A stretch of DNA of 51,209 nt from Escherichia phage BubbaBully: the sequence record OR896831.1. One strand, 5' to 3'. Positions 29,041 to 37,087 of this stretch are shown one piece after another. Position 1 is the first letter of the stretch. Each line of letters begins with the position of its first letter. Both the position numbers and the translations under genes were made by a program. The notes beneath the pieces were generated by a model that worked only from the letters and a program-made list of their open reading frames with translations, was not told the DNA's origin and searched no databases.

Positions 29041-31041
29041 ATGGCAATTCCAAACATTGATAAACAGCTTTCCGCTTTGGGTGAGGCGGTTATTAAGGCG
29101 ATCCAGGATCGCTTCACGTTTGGCGAAATCACCCCATACCCTTACCAGTGCGTTGCATACACTGAGATCGCAAAGCGCATGAAGAACTATGAGCACCCTT
29201 TCTTTGTGAAAGCGTCCGTATCTGCTGGCAAAACAATGATTTTTGCAATGGTCGCGGCTCAGTGCCAGAGGATGGGGCTTAAAATGATGGTTCTTGCTCG
29301 CCAGGGTGAGATCGTGGATCAGGATTCAGAAGAGATCAGCAACTTCGGAGTGCCTAACTCCGTTTACTGCGCCGCTCTGAAACTCAAGGGCGTACACTTC
29401 CCCATCGTGGTTGGCTCTGAGGGAACCGTTTCAAACGGGCTGTTTAAGGCGCTGGGCGACTACGTGCCGCACGTTATCGGGATTGACGAATGCCACCAGG
29501 TAGATTGGGAGGATTTAGCCGAGGCTATCGAGAACGAGGAGCCTTGGGAGCAAATGACCACGAAAAAAGGCGAGATTGTCCTGAATGGTGACGGCTCCCG
29601 CGCTCTCAACAATGACGGTGAACCAATGGAGGGAACAGGTCGCACGCAATACACGCTTATCATTCGAGAAATGCAGCGCCGATGCAAAGAGACATACGGG
29701 CATGAGTTGCGCATTTTTGGAATGACCGGATCTGAGTTTCGCGGAGTTGTTCCAATCCTGGTAGAAGATAAGCGCCAGCGCGGTTTCTGGCGCGAGCAGG
29801 TAACGAACATTGATACCAACTACCTGATCAAGTTTGGCTCCGTTGTTCCGACAAACTTTGGCGGCGTAGATGGATTGGGTTATGACCTTTCAGAGTTCAC
29901 TGCATCCAGCGAGGACGGCGTAGCAGACTTTGACCAGAAAACTCTGCGCAAGATGGAGGAGAAGATACATAAAGATGCAACCATGACGCAAAAAATCATG
30001 GCACGCGTGCATGAGATCTGCAAAAACCGCAACGGCGTTCTGGTAACTTGCGCGGGTGAGCGTCACTGTAAAGAGGCCGCCGCCGCACTTCCGCCAGGCG
30101 CAACATACAGAATCATCACTGGCAAGACCGGAGAGAAACAGCGTAAGGAGTGGCTGAAAGAAGCATTCGAGGGAAAAGTAAAATACATTTTCCAGGTTCA
30201 GGCTTTGACCACTGGCGTAAACGTTCCTTATTGGGATACGTCCGTCATACTGCGCAAAATCGGCTCGCTTACACTGCTTATTCAGCTTTTGGGGCGCGGT
30301 ATGCGACTGTTAAAGAAATGGCACATTGAGCAAGGATTTAAGAAAGATGATCACCTTGTTCTCGACTTTGCCGGATGTATGGACGAATTAGGACAGCTTT
30401 ACTTTGATCCGATTCTGGAGCAAGCGCAGTATCAGCGCCGTGGCGACAACGGAAAAGATCCTAAATTCTGCCCTGACTGCGGCACGGAAAACTCATTCTA
30501 TGCACGCCGCTGTGTTAAAGTTGACGAGAGCGGCAACCGCTGCGAGTATTTTTGGAAGTATCGAGAGTGCGAGGATCAGGTAGACCCGCGCACGAAAAAG
30601 GTTATCGTAAAAGGCTGCGGAACCAAAAACGATATAGCCGCAAGGGTGTGCCGCTGCTGCGATGTTTCGCTCGTTGACCCTAACGAAAAGTTATCCGGCA
30701 AGCACTACACAAAAAACGATTGGTGCAATGTGAAATCGTTCCGTGTCGATATGACAAAAAACCAGCGCGGAATCGTGTTCTGTTATGAGCTTGAGGCGCA
30801 CGGGGAAACGTTCAAAGCTTATGAGCGATTCTTCCCTGAGTCTGACAATCAGATCTGTAAAACACTATGGAGGCAAACGGTTCTCAAGCACATTGCAGAT
30901 CGCAGGATTGCAGGTGTTACGGCGAGCTATCGCAACGCACGCAAGATTATGCAAAATGCGCATCACATTATGGCTCCGAAGCGCGTTACGCATCGCAAAA
31001 ACGCGAAAGGAGAGGACATTATTTATCATCGGGAGTTTTGA
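29041..31041 (+). CDS. ATP-dependent helicase (DEAD/DEAH-type) with C-terminal zinc ribbons
   Basis: 666 aa; Walker A SAGKT, DECH box, helicase C motifs, C-terminal CxxC pairs. Confidence 0.8.
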   Translation: MAIPNIDKQLSALGEAVIKAIQDRFTFGEITPYPYQCVAYTEIAKRMKNYEHPFFVKASVSAGKTMIFAMVAAQCQRMGLKMMVLARQGEIVDQDSEEISNFGVPNSVYCAALKLKGVHFPIVVGSEGTVSNGLFKALGDYVPHVIGIDECHQVDWEDLAEAIENEEPWEQMTTKKGEIVLNGDGSRALNNDGEPMEGTGRTQYTLIIREMQRRCKETYGHELRIFGMTGSEFRGVVPILVEDKRQRGFWREQVTNIDTNYLIKFGSVVPTNFGGVDGLGYDLSEFTASSEDGVADFDQKTLRKMEEKIHKDATMTQKIMARVHEICKNRNGVLVTCAGERHCKEAAAALPPGATYRIITGKTGEKQRKEWLKEAFEGKVKYIFQVQALTTGVNVPYWDTSVILRKIGSLTLLIQLLGRGMRLLKKWHIEQGFKKDDHLVLDFAGCMDELGQLYFDPILEQAQYQRRGDNGKDPKFCPDCGTENSFYARRCVKVDESGNRCEYFWKYRECEDQVDPRTKKVIVKGCGTKNDIAARVCRCCDVSLVDPNEKLSGKHYTKNDWCNVKSFRVDMTKNQRGIVFCYELEAHGETFKAYERFFPESDNQICKTLWRQTVLKHIADRRIAGVTASYRNARKIMQNAHHIMAPKRVTHRKNAKGEDIIYHREF

Positions 31042-31043
31042 TT

Positions 31044-31460
31044 ATGGTTACTGACAAAGGCGATTATCTGGAATACTACGAACGGGATCCGAGCGATACG
31101 CGCAAGGAGGATTCGCACCAGGTTGATTGTGTGGCGTGGTTGCGCCACCACTACCCGCACTTGCTTTTCTGGCACACTGTCAACGAGGGGAGCAAGACAA
31201 TAACCGCCGCTCTGCGTGACGAACAGGCCGGATTGCTCAAGGGTGTTTCCGATTTCGTTATCCTGATTGGTTCCGGTAAATATCCGTTTGCAGCCATAGA
31301 GCTAAAGCAAGCCAACAAATCAGGGAAGCGCAAAGCTTCACCAGTCAGCGATAACCAGAAAGCTTTCTTGAGCAAGGTTAGGGCGCTGGGTGGATTTGCC
31401 GCTGTGTGTTATGGCGTGAAGCAATTCAAACTTGCAATTGCAGATCTCTTGCAGGAATAG
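31044..31460 (+). CDS. VRR-NUC domain nuclease
   Basis: Start ATG 31044 just after helicase stop; D...ELK PD-(D/E)XK-type motif. Confidence 0.6.
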   Translation: MVTDKGDYLEYYERDPSDTRKEDSHQVDCVAWLRHHYPHLLFWHTVNEGSKTITAALRDEQAGLLKGVSDFVILIGSGKYPFAAIELKQANKSGKRKASPVSDNQKAFLSKVRALGGFAAVCYGVKQFKLAIADLLQE

Positions 31461-31500
31461 CACTTTTTGTTAAAACCCGCTTAGGCTGGTTTTGTATTAT
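31457..31500 (+). promoter_or_regulatory. box promoter (box + 22 bp + TATTAT)
   Basis: Box starts inside the TAG stop of upstream gene; -10 at 31495-31500; CA-rich leader to ATG 31530. Confidence 0.55.
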
Positions 31501-31529
31501 GCACACAACAAACAAACACGGAGAACGAA

Positions 31530-31979
31530 ATGAAAAAACAAATTGTAGGCGCTGCGATAATAATCGCATCTGTATTGGTGGCATGGAAAGCACCATCATT
31601 AATAGAGAGCATGGTTAAAGATCCGATTGACATTGATCTTAATCGAAAGGCTTGCATTATGGCATCAAAGAAATCAGTTAATGATTTCGTTATCACTAAC
31701 GAATATGAACTAAGCGATAAGGCAAGGCGAAAGGCTTATCTTGTTATTTCTCAGCAGTGTAAGCTTTCTGTTTATTCCGAGAACGGAGAGCACGCAAGAG
31801 AGCCTAAAACCTTAAAAACAGCAGGAAGTATGTTTATTGATGGACTTGATTATGAGGAATCATTGACGGTTCGATATGCCAAAAAGCGCTCAGACTTTAA
31901 CGGAAAAATTGTTGCAAAAATGGGAGTCAAGGAAGTCTCAAAGTGGATAGAAAACTTTGAGGACGCAAACAGAAAATAG
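31530..31979 (+). CDS. hypothetical exported protein (N-terminal signal peptide / anchor)
   Basis: 149 aa; hydrophobic N-terminal segment IVGAAIIIASVLVAW. Confidence 0.5.
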   Translation: MKKQIVGAAIIIASVLVAWKAPSLIESMVKDPIDIDLNRKACIMASKKSVNDFVITNEYELSDKARRKAYLVISQQCKLSVYSENGEHAREPKTLKTAGSMFIDGLDYEESLTVRYAKKRSDFNGKIVAKMGVKEVSKWIENFEDANRK

Positions 31980-32019
31980 CACGAATTGCTAAAACGCCGG
32001 ATGATGAATCCGGCATAAT
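31976..32019 (+). promoter_or_regulatory. box promoter (box + hairpin + CATAAT)
   Basis: Box overlaps TAG stop; 7-bp stem GCCGGAT/ATCCGGC 31996-32014; -10 at 32014-32019. Confidence 0.55.
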
Positions 32020-32050
32020 ACACCCAACGAAAACAAATGAGGATTTGAAA

Positions 32051-32305
32051 ATGTTAAAAGATATCTCTAAAGCGGTTTACTGGATTTTTGTTGTTCTTAT
32101 CGCTCTCTTTATTGTTTCGCTGATAATCTCTCTTGTTGCGTTTGGTGTTGATATAATCTTTGGTGTTGTTGGAATCTTCCTTGCTGTTATATTTGCCCCA
32201 ATGCTATTAACAAAGGCCGCCGCAAGTGATGCGGAAATCGAAGCGCCAAAGACTGAGGTCAAATCTGACACTAGCAACGCAGCTAAATTCTACATGATGA
32301 AATAA
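32051..32305 (+). CDS. hypothetical membrane protein
   Basis: Start ATG 32051; two predicted transmembrane segments. Confidence 0.5.
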   Translation: MLKDISKAVYWIFVVLIALFIVSLIISLVAFGVDIIFGVVGIFLAVIFAPMLLTKAAASDAEIEAPKTEVKSDTSNAAKFYMMK

Positions 32306-32315
32306 GGATCGAAAA

Positions 32316-33062
32316 ATGGCTAAAGACATTCTGGATAACTCAACAATCGACGGTATCGAGCAGGTTGATGAAATGGACTTTCACGAATTGCAGCACGGAA
32401 AATATTCAGATATAGCTCTGCGTTCGGGTGGTCATTACCAGGCCGTGAAGCCTTGCCAGTATTACAAGGTTACAGGCAACCGCTATGCTGGGAGCAAAAC
32501 TCCAGATGTTGTCCGTGACCTTTGGGCTACACCTCGCGATGTTGTTGCGTACATGGAGGAGCGCTACGGAAAATATGACCTTGACGCAGCAGCCAGCGAG
32601 GATAATAAGGTATGTGACAAATTCTACAGCAAGGAAACAAACTGCTTAAAGCGCTGGTGGGGAAGTAAAAAGCACGTATGGTTGAATCCTCCATACAGCA
32701 ATCCAGATCCGTTTGTGCTAAAGGCAATTGAGCAGATGGAGCACGATAATCAGATCGATATCTTGCTTGCAGCCGACAACTCAACAGCATGGTTTAGCGA
32801 CGCGCAGAAACACGCGGCGGAAATTATCTGGATCACTGGCGAAACCTGGAAAGATGAAGATGGGCGCGAGTATTCGCGAACCGGACGCCTAGCGTTTATT
32901 TCCGGTCTGACAGGTGAGCCAGTTAGCGGCAACAATAAAGGCAGCGTCATTTTCGTCATGCGCAAATTGAAAGAGGGCGAAACGCAACAAACTCACTACG
33001 TGAAAATCAGCGATATTTGCCCGTCAGTTAAAAACAAACGAGCCAAAGCAAGGAGCTTTTAA
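32316..33062 (+). CDS. dam: DNA N6-adenine methyltransferase (Dam-like)
   Basis: 248 aa with NPPY motif (WLNPPYS) characteristic of N6-adenine methyltransferases. Confidence 0.75.
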   Translation: MAKDILDNSTIDGIEQVDEMDFHELQHGKYSDIALRSGGHYQAVKPCQYYKVTGNRYAGSKTPDVVRDLWATPRDVVAYMEERYGKYDLDAAASEDNKVCDKFYSKETNCLKRWWGSKKHVWLNPPYSNPDPFVLKAIEQMEHDNQIDILLAADNSTAWFSDAQKHAAEIIWITGETWKDEDGREYSRTGRLAFISGLTGEPVSGNNKGSVIFVMRKLKEGETQQTHYVKISDICPSVKNKRAKARSF

Positions 33063-33172
33063 TGAAATATGATATTGCAGCACTTGGAATACTTTGTGCA
33101 TTCATGATCGTAGGTGGCTTTTGTTCTTATGCACTCCTGGCGTTAATCATCAAAATAGGGGAGTTGATCTAA
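33062..33172 (+). CDS. small hydrophobic protein (36 aa), not in ORF track
   Basis: ATG overlaps dam stop (TAATG) and its stop overlaps the next ATG (TAATG); one predicted TM helix. Confidence 0.35.
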   Translation: MKYDIAALGILCAFMIVGGFCSYALLALIIKIGELI

Positions 33173-33420
33173 TGAGTGAGAGAAATGTAGCACTAAACGA
33201 GGTTGGGTTATTCCTTCTGTATCGCGCTATGGTGTGCCAGGCTGTCGATCTAAACCCGCATATCAAGGATGCAATAGAGGTTGACCCGTGGGAGTTTTCC
33301 AGCGCCCTAGACATGAGCTTTGAGGAAACCGCAAAACTACCTCTTGAGAAGTGGCACATCAAGATTGCTGATGATCTCGATGAAATGTGGCAAGACCTTA
33401 AAAAGCGAACGGCTCACTAA
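33172..33420 (+). CDS. hypothetical protein
   Basis: Start at ATG 33172 (translational coupling); 82 aa. Confidence 0.5.
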   Translation: MSERNVALNEVGLFLLYRAMVCQAVDLNPHIKDAIEVDPWEFSSALDMSFEETAKLPLEKWHIKIADDLDEMWQDLKKRTAH

Positions 33421-33464
33421 ATAGCACTTTTTGTTAAAAATGCCCGGCGAAAGTCGGGCATAAT
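33421..33464 (+). promoter_or_regulatory. box promoter (box + hairpin + CATAAT)
   Basis: Box begins directly after TAA stop; stem GCCCGGC/GTCGGGC; -10 at 33459-33464. Confidence 0.55.
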
Positions 33465-33496
33465 CATTTCCAACGAAAACCACTGAGGAAAACGAA

Positions 33497-33706
33497 ATGA
33501 AAATCTACAGCAAAGCAGCTTTGGAAATCGCACAGCAAGCAGCACGCGAGGCGGTGGAGTTAGGGGTGAAAAACGGCGGTGATTTTGATTGGGGTATGGC
33601 TATGATCTGGCTGAAAATCGCAACCGGACACGCGCCAGTTTTCAAGTATGAGGAGCGCGGGATTCGCTCAATCGTAGCGGCTATGGAGGGCAAAGATGAA
33701 GGTTGA
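33497..33706 (+). CDS. hypothetical protein
   Basis: 69-aa ORF with CA-rich leader and GAGGA RBS. Confidence 0.5.
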   Translation: MKIYSKAALEIAQQAAREAVELGVKNGGDFDWGMAMIWLKIATGHAPVFKYEERGIRSIVAAMEGKDEG

Positions 33707-33944
33707 GCAAGGCCGCGAGGCCGTTTGGAATCACGCCAAAGAAACAGGAATGGCAGACGATATAGCACGAATTGCTAAAATATTTGATCTGGCTGATGTT
33801 AGTATTATCAGCAACGGGAAAATGACTTACTTACACGAGAGGCCGCGCAAAATGCACCGTGTGCCAGCAATCCCGACAAAAATCGACTTCAAAGAAGCAA
33901 TGGCAAAAATCAGAGAGCCGAAAAAGTATTACAAAGGAGAATAG
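33696..33944 (+). CDS. hypothetical protein (contains an in-frame copy of the box)
   Basis: 82-aa ORF; codons for IARIAK are the box sequence. Confidence 0.5.
   Translation: MKVEQGREAVWNHAKETGMADDIARIAKIFDLADVSIISNGKMTYLHERPRKMHRVPAIPTKIDFKEAMAKIREPKKYYKGE
33762..33805 (+). promoter_or_regulatory. intragenic box promoter (box + 22 bp + TG-n-TAGTAT)
   Basis: Exact box inside CDS 33696-33944 with extended -10 at 33797-33805. Confidence 0.45.
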
Positions 33945-33949
33945 TTATC

Positions 33950-34021
33950 ATGTGGCGCTTGCTTGTTCTTCCAATGCCCGTTATCATTGCCGCCGTTGTT
34001 ATGTACGCACTTGTTATGTAA
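33950..34021 (+). CDS. very small hydrophobic peptide (23 aa), not in ORF track
   Basis: ATG after AAAGGAGAA RBS; single hydrophobic stretch. Confidence 0.25.
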   Translation: MWRLLVLPMPVIIAAVVMYALVM

Positions 34022-34038
34022 TTTAAGAGGAAAAGTTA

Positions 34039-35157
34039 ATGATTCAGAAAATGACAGACCAGCAGTTTAAAGAAGCACGAGCAGAGGGCAAAACCTACAA
34101 GCAGATCGCGGAGGAGTTCGGCTTGAATGTTCGCACCGTTGAGCGCCGCGCGGCACGACTTGCCCGCCAAGGTGAAACTAACACGAAAGGCGCACCAGGT
34201 TTTGCGGTTGTTCGTGAGTCAGTCCTGACCCGCGCAAACGGCGAAGAAGTGATGCGCTGGACTATCACCAACAAAGATAAAGAGCAGTTGGAAGCGCTCA
34301 TGCAAGCCGCGATGGAGGCATTCGCTGAGGAAGTGCCACGCCTTGAGCCTCAGCCGGAAAGCCACAAAGACTACAGCGAAAGCCTTGCGCTATATCCGAT
34401 CTTTGATATGCACATTGGTGCAATGGCTCATAAGCACGAGTGCGGCGAGAATTGGGACACGGCAACCGCCGAGAAGGTCATGAATGACTTCTTTGATTAT
34501 GCTGTAGAGTGTGCGCCAAACAGCGAAAAGGCTGTGCTCCTGATTGGTGGCGATATGCTTCACAGTGACGGCCTTGAGGCTGTAACACCTGCTAGCGGTC
34601 ACGTTCTTGATCAGGATAGCCGCTATGCCAAACTGGTTTATGTCGCAATCCGAGCTACTCGTCGCGCTATCTCCTTGATGTTGACCAAACACAAAGAGAT
34701 TGAGGTTCAGGTTATCGAGGGCAATCATGACCAGTCAGGGATGATCTGGCTACGCGCAGCAATGGCGGCGGCATACGAGAACGAGCCACGCGTGACGGTT
34801 GATGTTTCTCCTCGCGTAGTGCATCACACGCAGTACGGAAAAACCTTCCTTGCTTATCACCACGGGCACACTGTGCGCAAGCCGGAGGCGTTGTTGATGA
34901 TGTGCGCGTCGGATTGGCGAGAGGACTTCGGGATCTCAAAATCAATGTATGCTCACGTTGGACATTGGCATCACCAGACCGTAACAGAAACCAGCCTGGG
35001 GATTGTTGAAGTTCACAGCACAATGGCGGCTAAAGATGCATATGCAGCTCGCGGAGGTTGGCGCTCTCGTCGTCGCGCGGCGGTTATCATCTACGACAAA
35101 GAGCACGGCGAGATCGGGCGCTTCATGTTCTACCCTGAAATGATGGAGTCAAAATAA
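34039..35157 (+). CDS. metallophosphoesterase (calcineurin-like) with N-terminal HTH-like region
   Basis: 372 aa; motifs DMH, GGDMLHSD, GNHD, HHGH; N-terminal KTYKQIAEEFGLNVRTVERR resembles an HTH. Confidence 0.65.
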   Translation: MIQKMTDQQFKEARAEGKTYKQIAEEFGLNVRTVERRAARLARQGETNTKGAPGFAVVRESVLTRANGEEVMRWTITNKDKEQLEALMQAAMEAFAEEVPRLEPQPESHKDYSESLALYPIFDMHIGAMAHKHECGENWDTATAEKVMNDFFDYAVECAPNSEKAVLLIGGDMLHSDGLEAVTPASGHVLDQDSRYAKLVYVAIRATRRAISLMLTKHKEIEVQVIEGNHDQSGMIWLRAAMAAAYENEPRVTVDVSPRVVHHTQYGKTFLAYHHGHTVRKPEALLMMCASDWREDFGISKSMYAHVGHWHHQTVTETSLGIVEVHSTMAAKDAYAARGGWRSRRRAAVIIYDKEHGEIGRFMFYPEMMESK

Positions 35158-35327
35158 TGAAAGTGAAATGCGTTGAGAATTCATCTAAAACACTGCCTTA
35201 CTACGAGGGCTTTGTGTACGAGGCTGAGCCATTGCCTGGCGGGATGTACAAGATTAAAGATGAATCAGGGCAGCATATCATTGCGCCGCTAAAAGGACAT
35301 TATCTGGAGTTTTTACAGATTGATTAA
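35157..35327 (+). CDS. small hypothetical protein (56 aa), not in ORF track
   Basis: ATG overlaps upstream stop (TAATG); open frame to TAA at 35325-35327; terminator follows. Confidence 0.4.
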   Translation: MKVKCVENSSKTLPYYEGFVYEAEPLPGGMYKIKDESGQHIIAPLKGHYLEFLQID

Positions 35328-35351
35328 CATTTAATTTCATAAGCTTACAAA

Positions 35352-35378
35352 GGGTTAGCATTTGCTAACCCTTTTTTT
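35352..35378 (+). terminator. intrinsic terminator upstream of lysis cassette
   Basis: GGGTTAGC/GCTAACCC stem followed by T7. Confidence 0.6.
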
Positions 35379-35454
35379 ATTGTTTTGTTTTTGCTCATTG
35401 ATGGTTAACATAAACTCGCTTAACTATTGACATTTGACACAAGGAGATCGGATT

Positions 35455-35670
35455 ATGAGAGAATTTTTAAACGCAGCAACTACAGGAACCGGAGGCGCAT
35501 CATTGACGGGAGCGGCGACGGGGCAAATGACAATCGCGGTTGCTGGTCTTATCCTAATGGCGGCTTTTGGTTTTTGGGGCGCTTATCTGCGCTGGAAGGA
35601 TAGCAAGGCGCTGCGAGAGGCTTTGGATCGTGAAGATATCAAAGAGGCAATTAGAATCAGGGGGAAATAA
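35455..35670 (+). CDS. holin (pinholin-like)
   Basis: 71 aa from ATG 35455 (AAGGAG RBS); two hydrophobic segments and charged C-terminus; immediately upstream of SAR endolysin. Confidence 0.6.
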   Translation: MREFLNAATTGTGGASLTGAATGQMTIAVAGLILMAAFGFWGAYLRWKDSKALREALDREDIKEAIRIRGK

Positions 35671-35672
35671 TC

Positions 35673-36167
35673 ATGAGTTTACAGAGGAGCGCGGCATACG
35701 CTTTATTTGGCGCAGCGCTCTCGTTGACTCCTCCGCTCCTGGAGGAGATCGAGGGCATTCGCTACAAGCCATATAAAGATATCGCTGGAGTCTGGACGGT
35801 CTGCGCGGGTATTACCGGATCTGATGTTGTGCTGGGTAAGACGTACACGCAGAGAGAATGTGATGCACTTCTTGCCAAGCATATCGGGATTGCAAAGGCA
35901 GAAGTCGATAAGAGAGTGAAGGTTGAGATCCCGGACACAATGAGGGCGGCGATGTATAGCTTCACTTACAACGCTGGCACTGGAGCGTTTCGCAAGTCAA
36001 CCATGCTCAAGAAGATCAACAATGGTGATCTTTATGGAGCGTGCGACGAGCTTTGGAAATGGACGTATTATTACAATCCAAAAACGGGCAAGCGCGAGAA
36101 GTCCAAAGGACTAAAAAACCGTCGCGCGGTTGAGTACAAATATTGCACTAAGGATCTGAAAAAATGA
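35673..36167 (+). CDS. SAR endolysin (GH24 lysozyme)
   Basis: T4-lysozyme-like catalytic pattern EGxRxKxYxD...T; N-terminal weakly hydrophobic signal-anchor-release-like segment. Confidence 0.75.
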   Translation: MSLQRSAAYALFGAALSLTPPLLEEIEGIRYKPYKDIAGVWTVCAGITGSDVVLGKTYTQRECDALLAKHIGIAKAEVDKRVKVEIPDTMRAAMYSFTYNAGTGAFRKSTMLKKINNGDLYGACDELWKWTYYYNPKTGKREKSKGLKNRRAVEYKYCTKDLKK

Positions 36168-36559
36168 AACGATTAGCTTTGGCGGTACTGGTTGCCGCCT
36201 CTCTTTCTGGTTGTTCAGCGTCAAGCGCTCTGAGTGATCTTATCGGCAGCAAGCCGGAAATCACAGCACAGGCCGGATCCGAAAACGTAAAGCAGACAGT
36301 AGGCGTTACGGCTAAAAATGACGAGAGCAGCAAGCAGGAAAACACGATCAAGGATTCGCAGGTTGGAAAGGTTGACTCCTCCAACAAAAAGAAAGTGAGC
36401 ACATCAAGCATCCAGGCTGAGACAATCACAGCCGACAAGATCGAGATCAGAAACAGCGATAGTGATTTGTATGTGATGTTCTTTGCGCTGGCTTGCTTTT
36501 TTGTTGCTGGCTTTGCGGCTGGCGTTGTTTGGAATTGCAGAAAAAATAAAGGGGCATAA
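36164..36559 (+). CDS. unimolecular spanin
   Basis: 131 aa with N-terminal lipobox (LSGCS) and C-terminal transmembrane helix; last gene of lysis cassette. Confidence 0.65.
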   Translation: MKRLALAVLVAASLSGCSASSALSDLIGSKPEITAQAGSENVKQTVGVTAKNDESSKQENTIKDSQVGKVDSSNKKKVSTSSIQAETITADKIEIRNSDSDLYVMFFALACFFVAGFAAGVVWNCRKNKGA

Positions 36560-36570
36560 TGCCCCTTTTT
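36551..36570. terminator. bidirectional terminator hairpin containing the spanin stop codon
   Basis: GGGGCA-taa-TGCCCC flanked by A-run and T-run. Confidence 0.6.
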
Positions 36571-36762
36571 CTATTCTAGGAGTCGGACGTTAATCAATAC
36601 TACGCCGTCCTCGTCGTGCAGATTGTGCTCCTTTGCTGGATTGGCTCTCATGTCGCTATACAGGATCAGGAGTAGCGCCGCAATCATTTCGTCATGCGAT
36701 ACCGAATTTACGGCGCAATGCTTCATAATCGCATCTATTAGATTTTGTGTTGAATAATTCAT
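36571..36762 (-). CDS. hypothetical protein (doubtful)
   Basis: 63-aa ORF overlapping the 3' end of the upstream ORF in another frame. Confidence 0.3.
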   Translation of the reverse strand: MNYSTQNLIDAIMKHCAVNSVSHDEMIAALLLILYSDMRANPAKEHNLHDEDGVVLINVRLLE

Positions 36763-37084
36763 CGTCGCTTAACTCGTCAAGATGAAACAGATCGTAAATG
36801 TATTTGTTGCTTTCACCTTCAAGGCTATACAACTCAAACCCAAACGGCCTCTTGCGCGAGCCTTTGCACGTCACCACGCCTTTATCTATCCCAAGATATC
36901 CCAATGTAGCCATTCGCGGTATAAACTCAAGAGAAACGCTTGAGGCGAATTTACGAGGCGTCATATTGGCGGCTCTCGCGAGCCGCTCACATTCTTTGTG
37001 CTTAAAAACAAATCTCGCTAAGTGCTGGCGATTAAACCAATCGTAACTTTCGCAAAACTTATACAGATCCAGCAGAAACATCAT
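36692..37084 (-). CDS. hypothetical protein
   Basis: 130-aa ORF immediately downstream of the P-loop NTPase gene. Confidence 0.45.
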   Translation of the reverse strand: MMFLLDLYKFCESYDWFNRQHLARFVFKHKECERLARAANMTPRKFASSVSLEFIPRMATLGYLGIDKGVVTCKGSRKRPFGFELYSLEGESNKYIYDLFHLDELSDDELFNTKSNRCDYEALRRKFGIA

Positions 37085-37087
37085 TTA

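Noticed and set aside
35428-35439. Tandem TTGACATTTGACA as promoter -35 for the holin gene
   Set aside because: Lies only 16-27 nt upstream of the holin ATG, overlapping where the RBS must be, leaving no room for a spacer, -10 and leader; possibly a binding site but not a promoter for this gene
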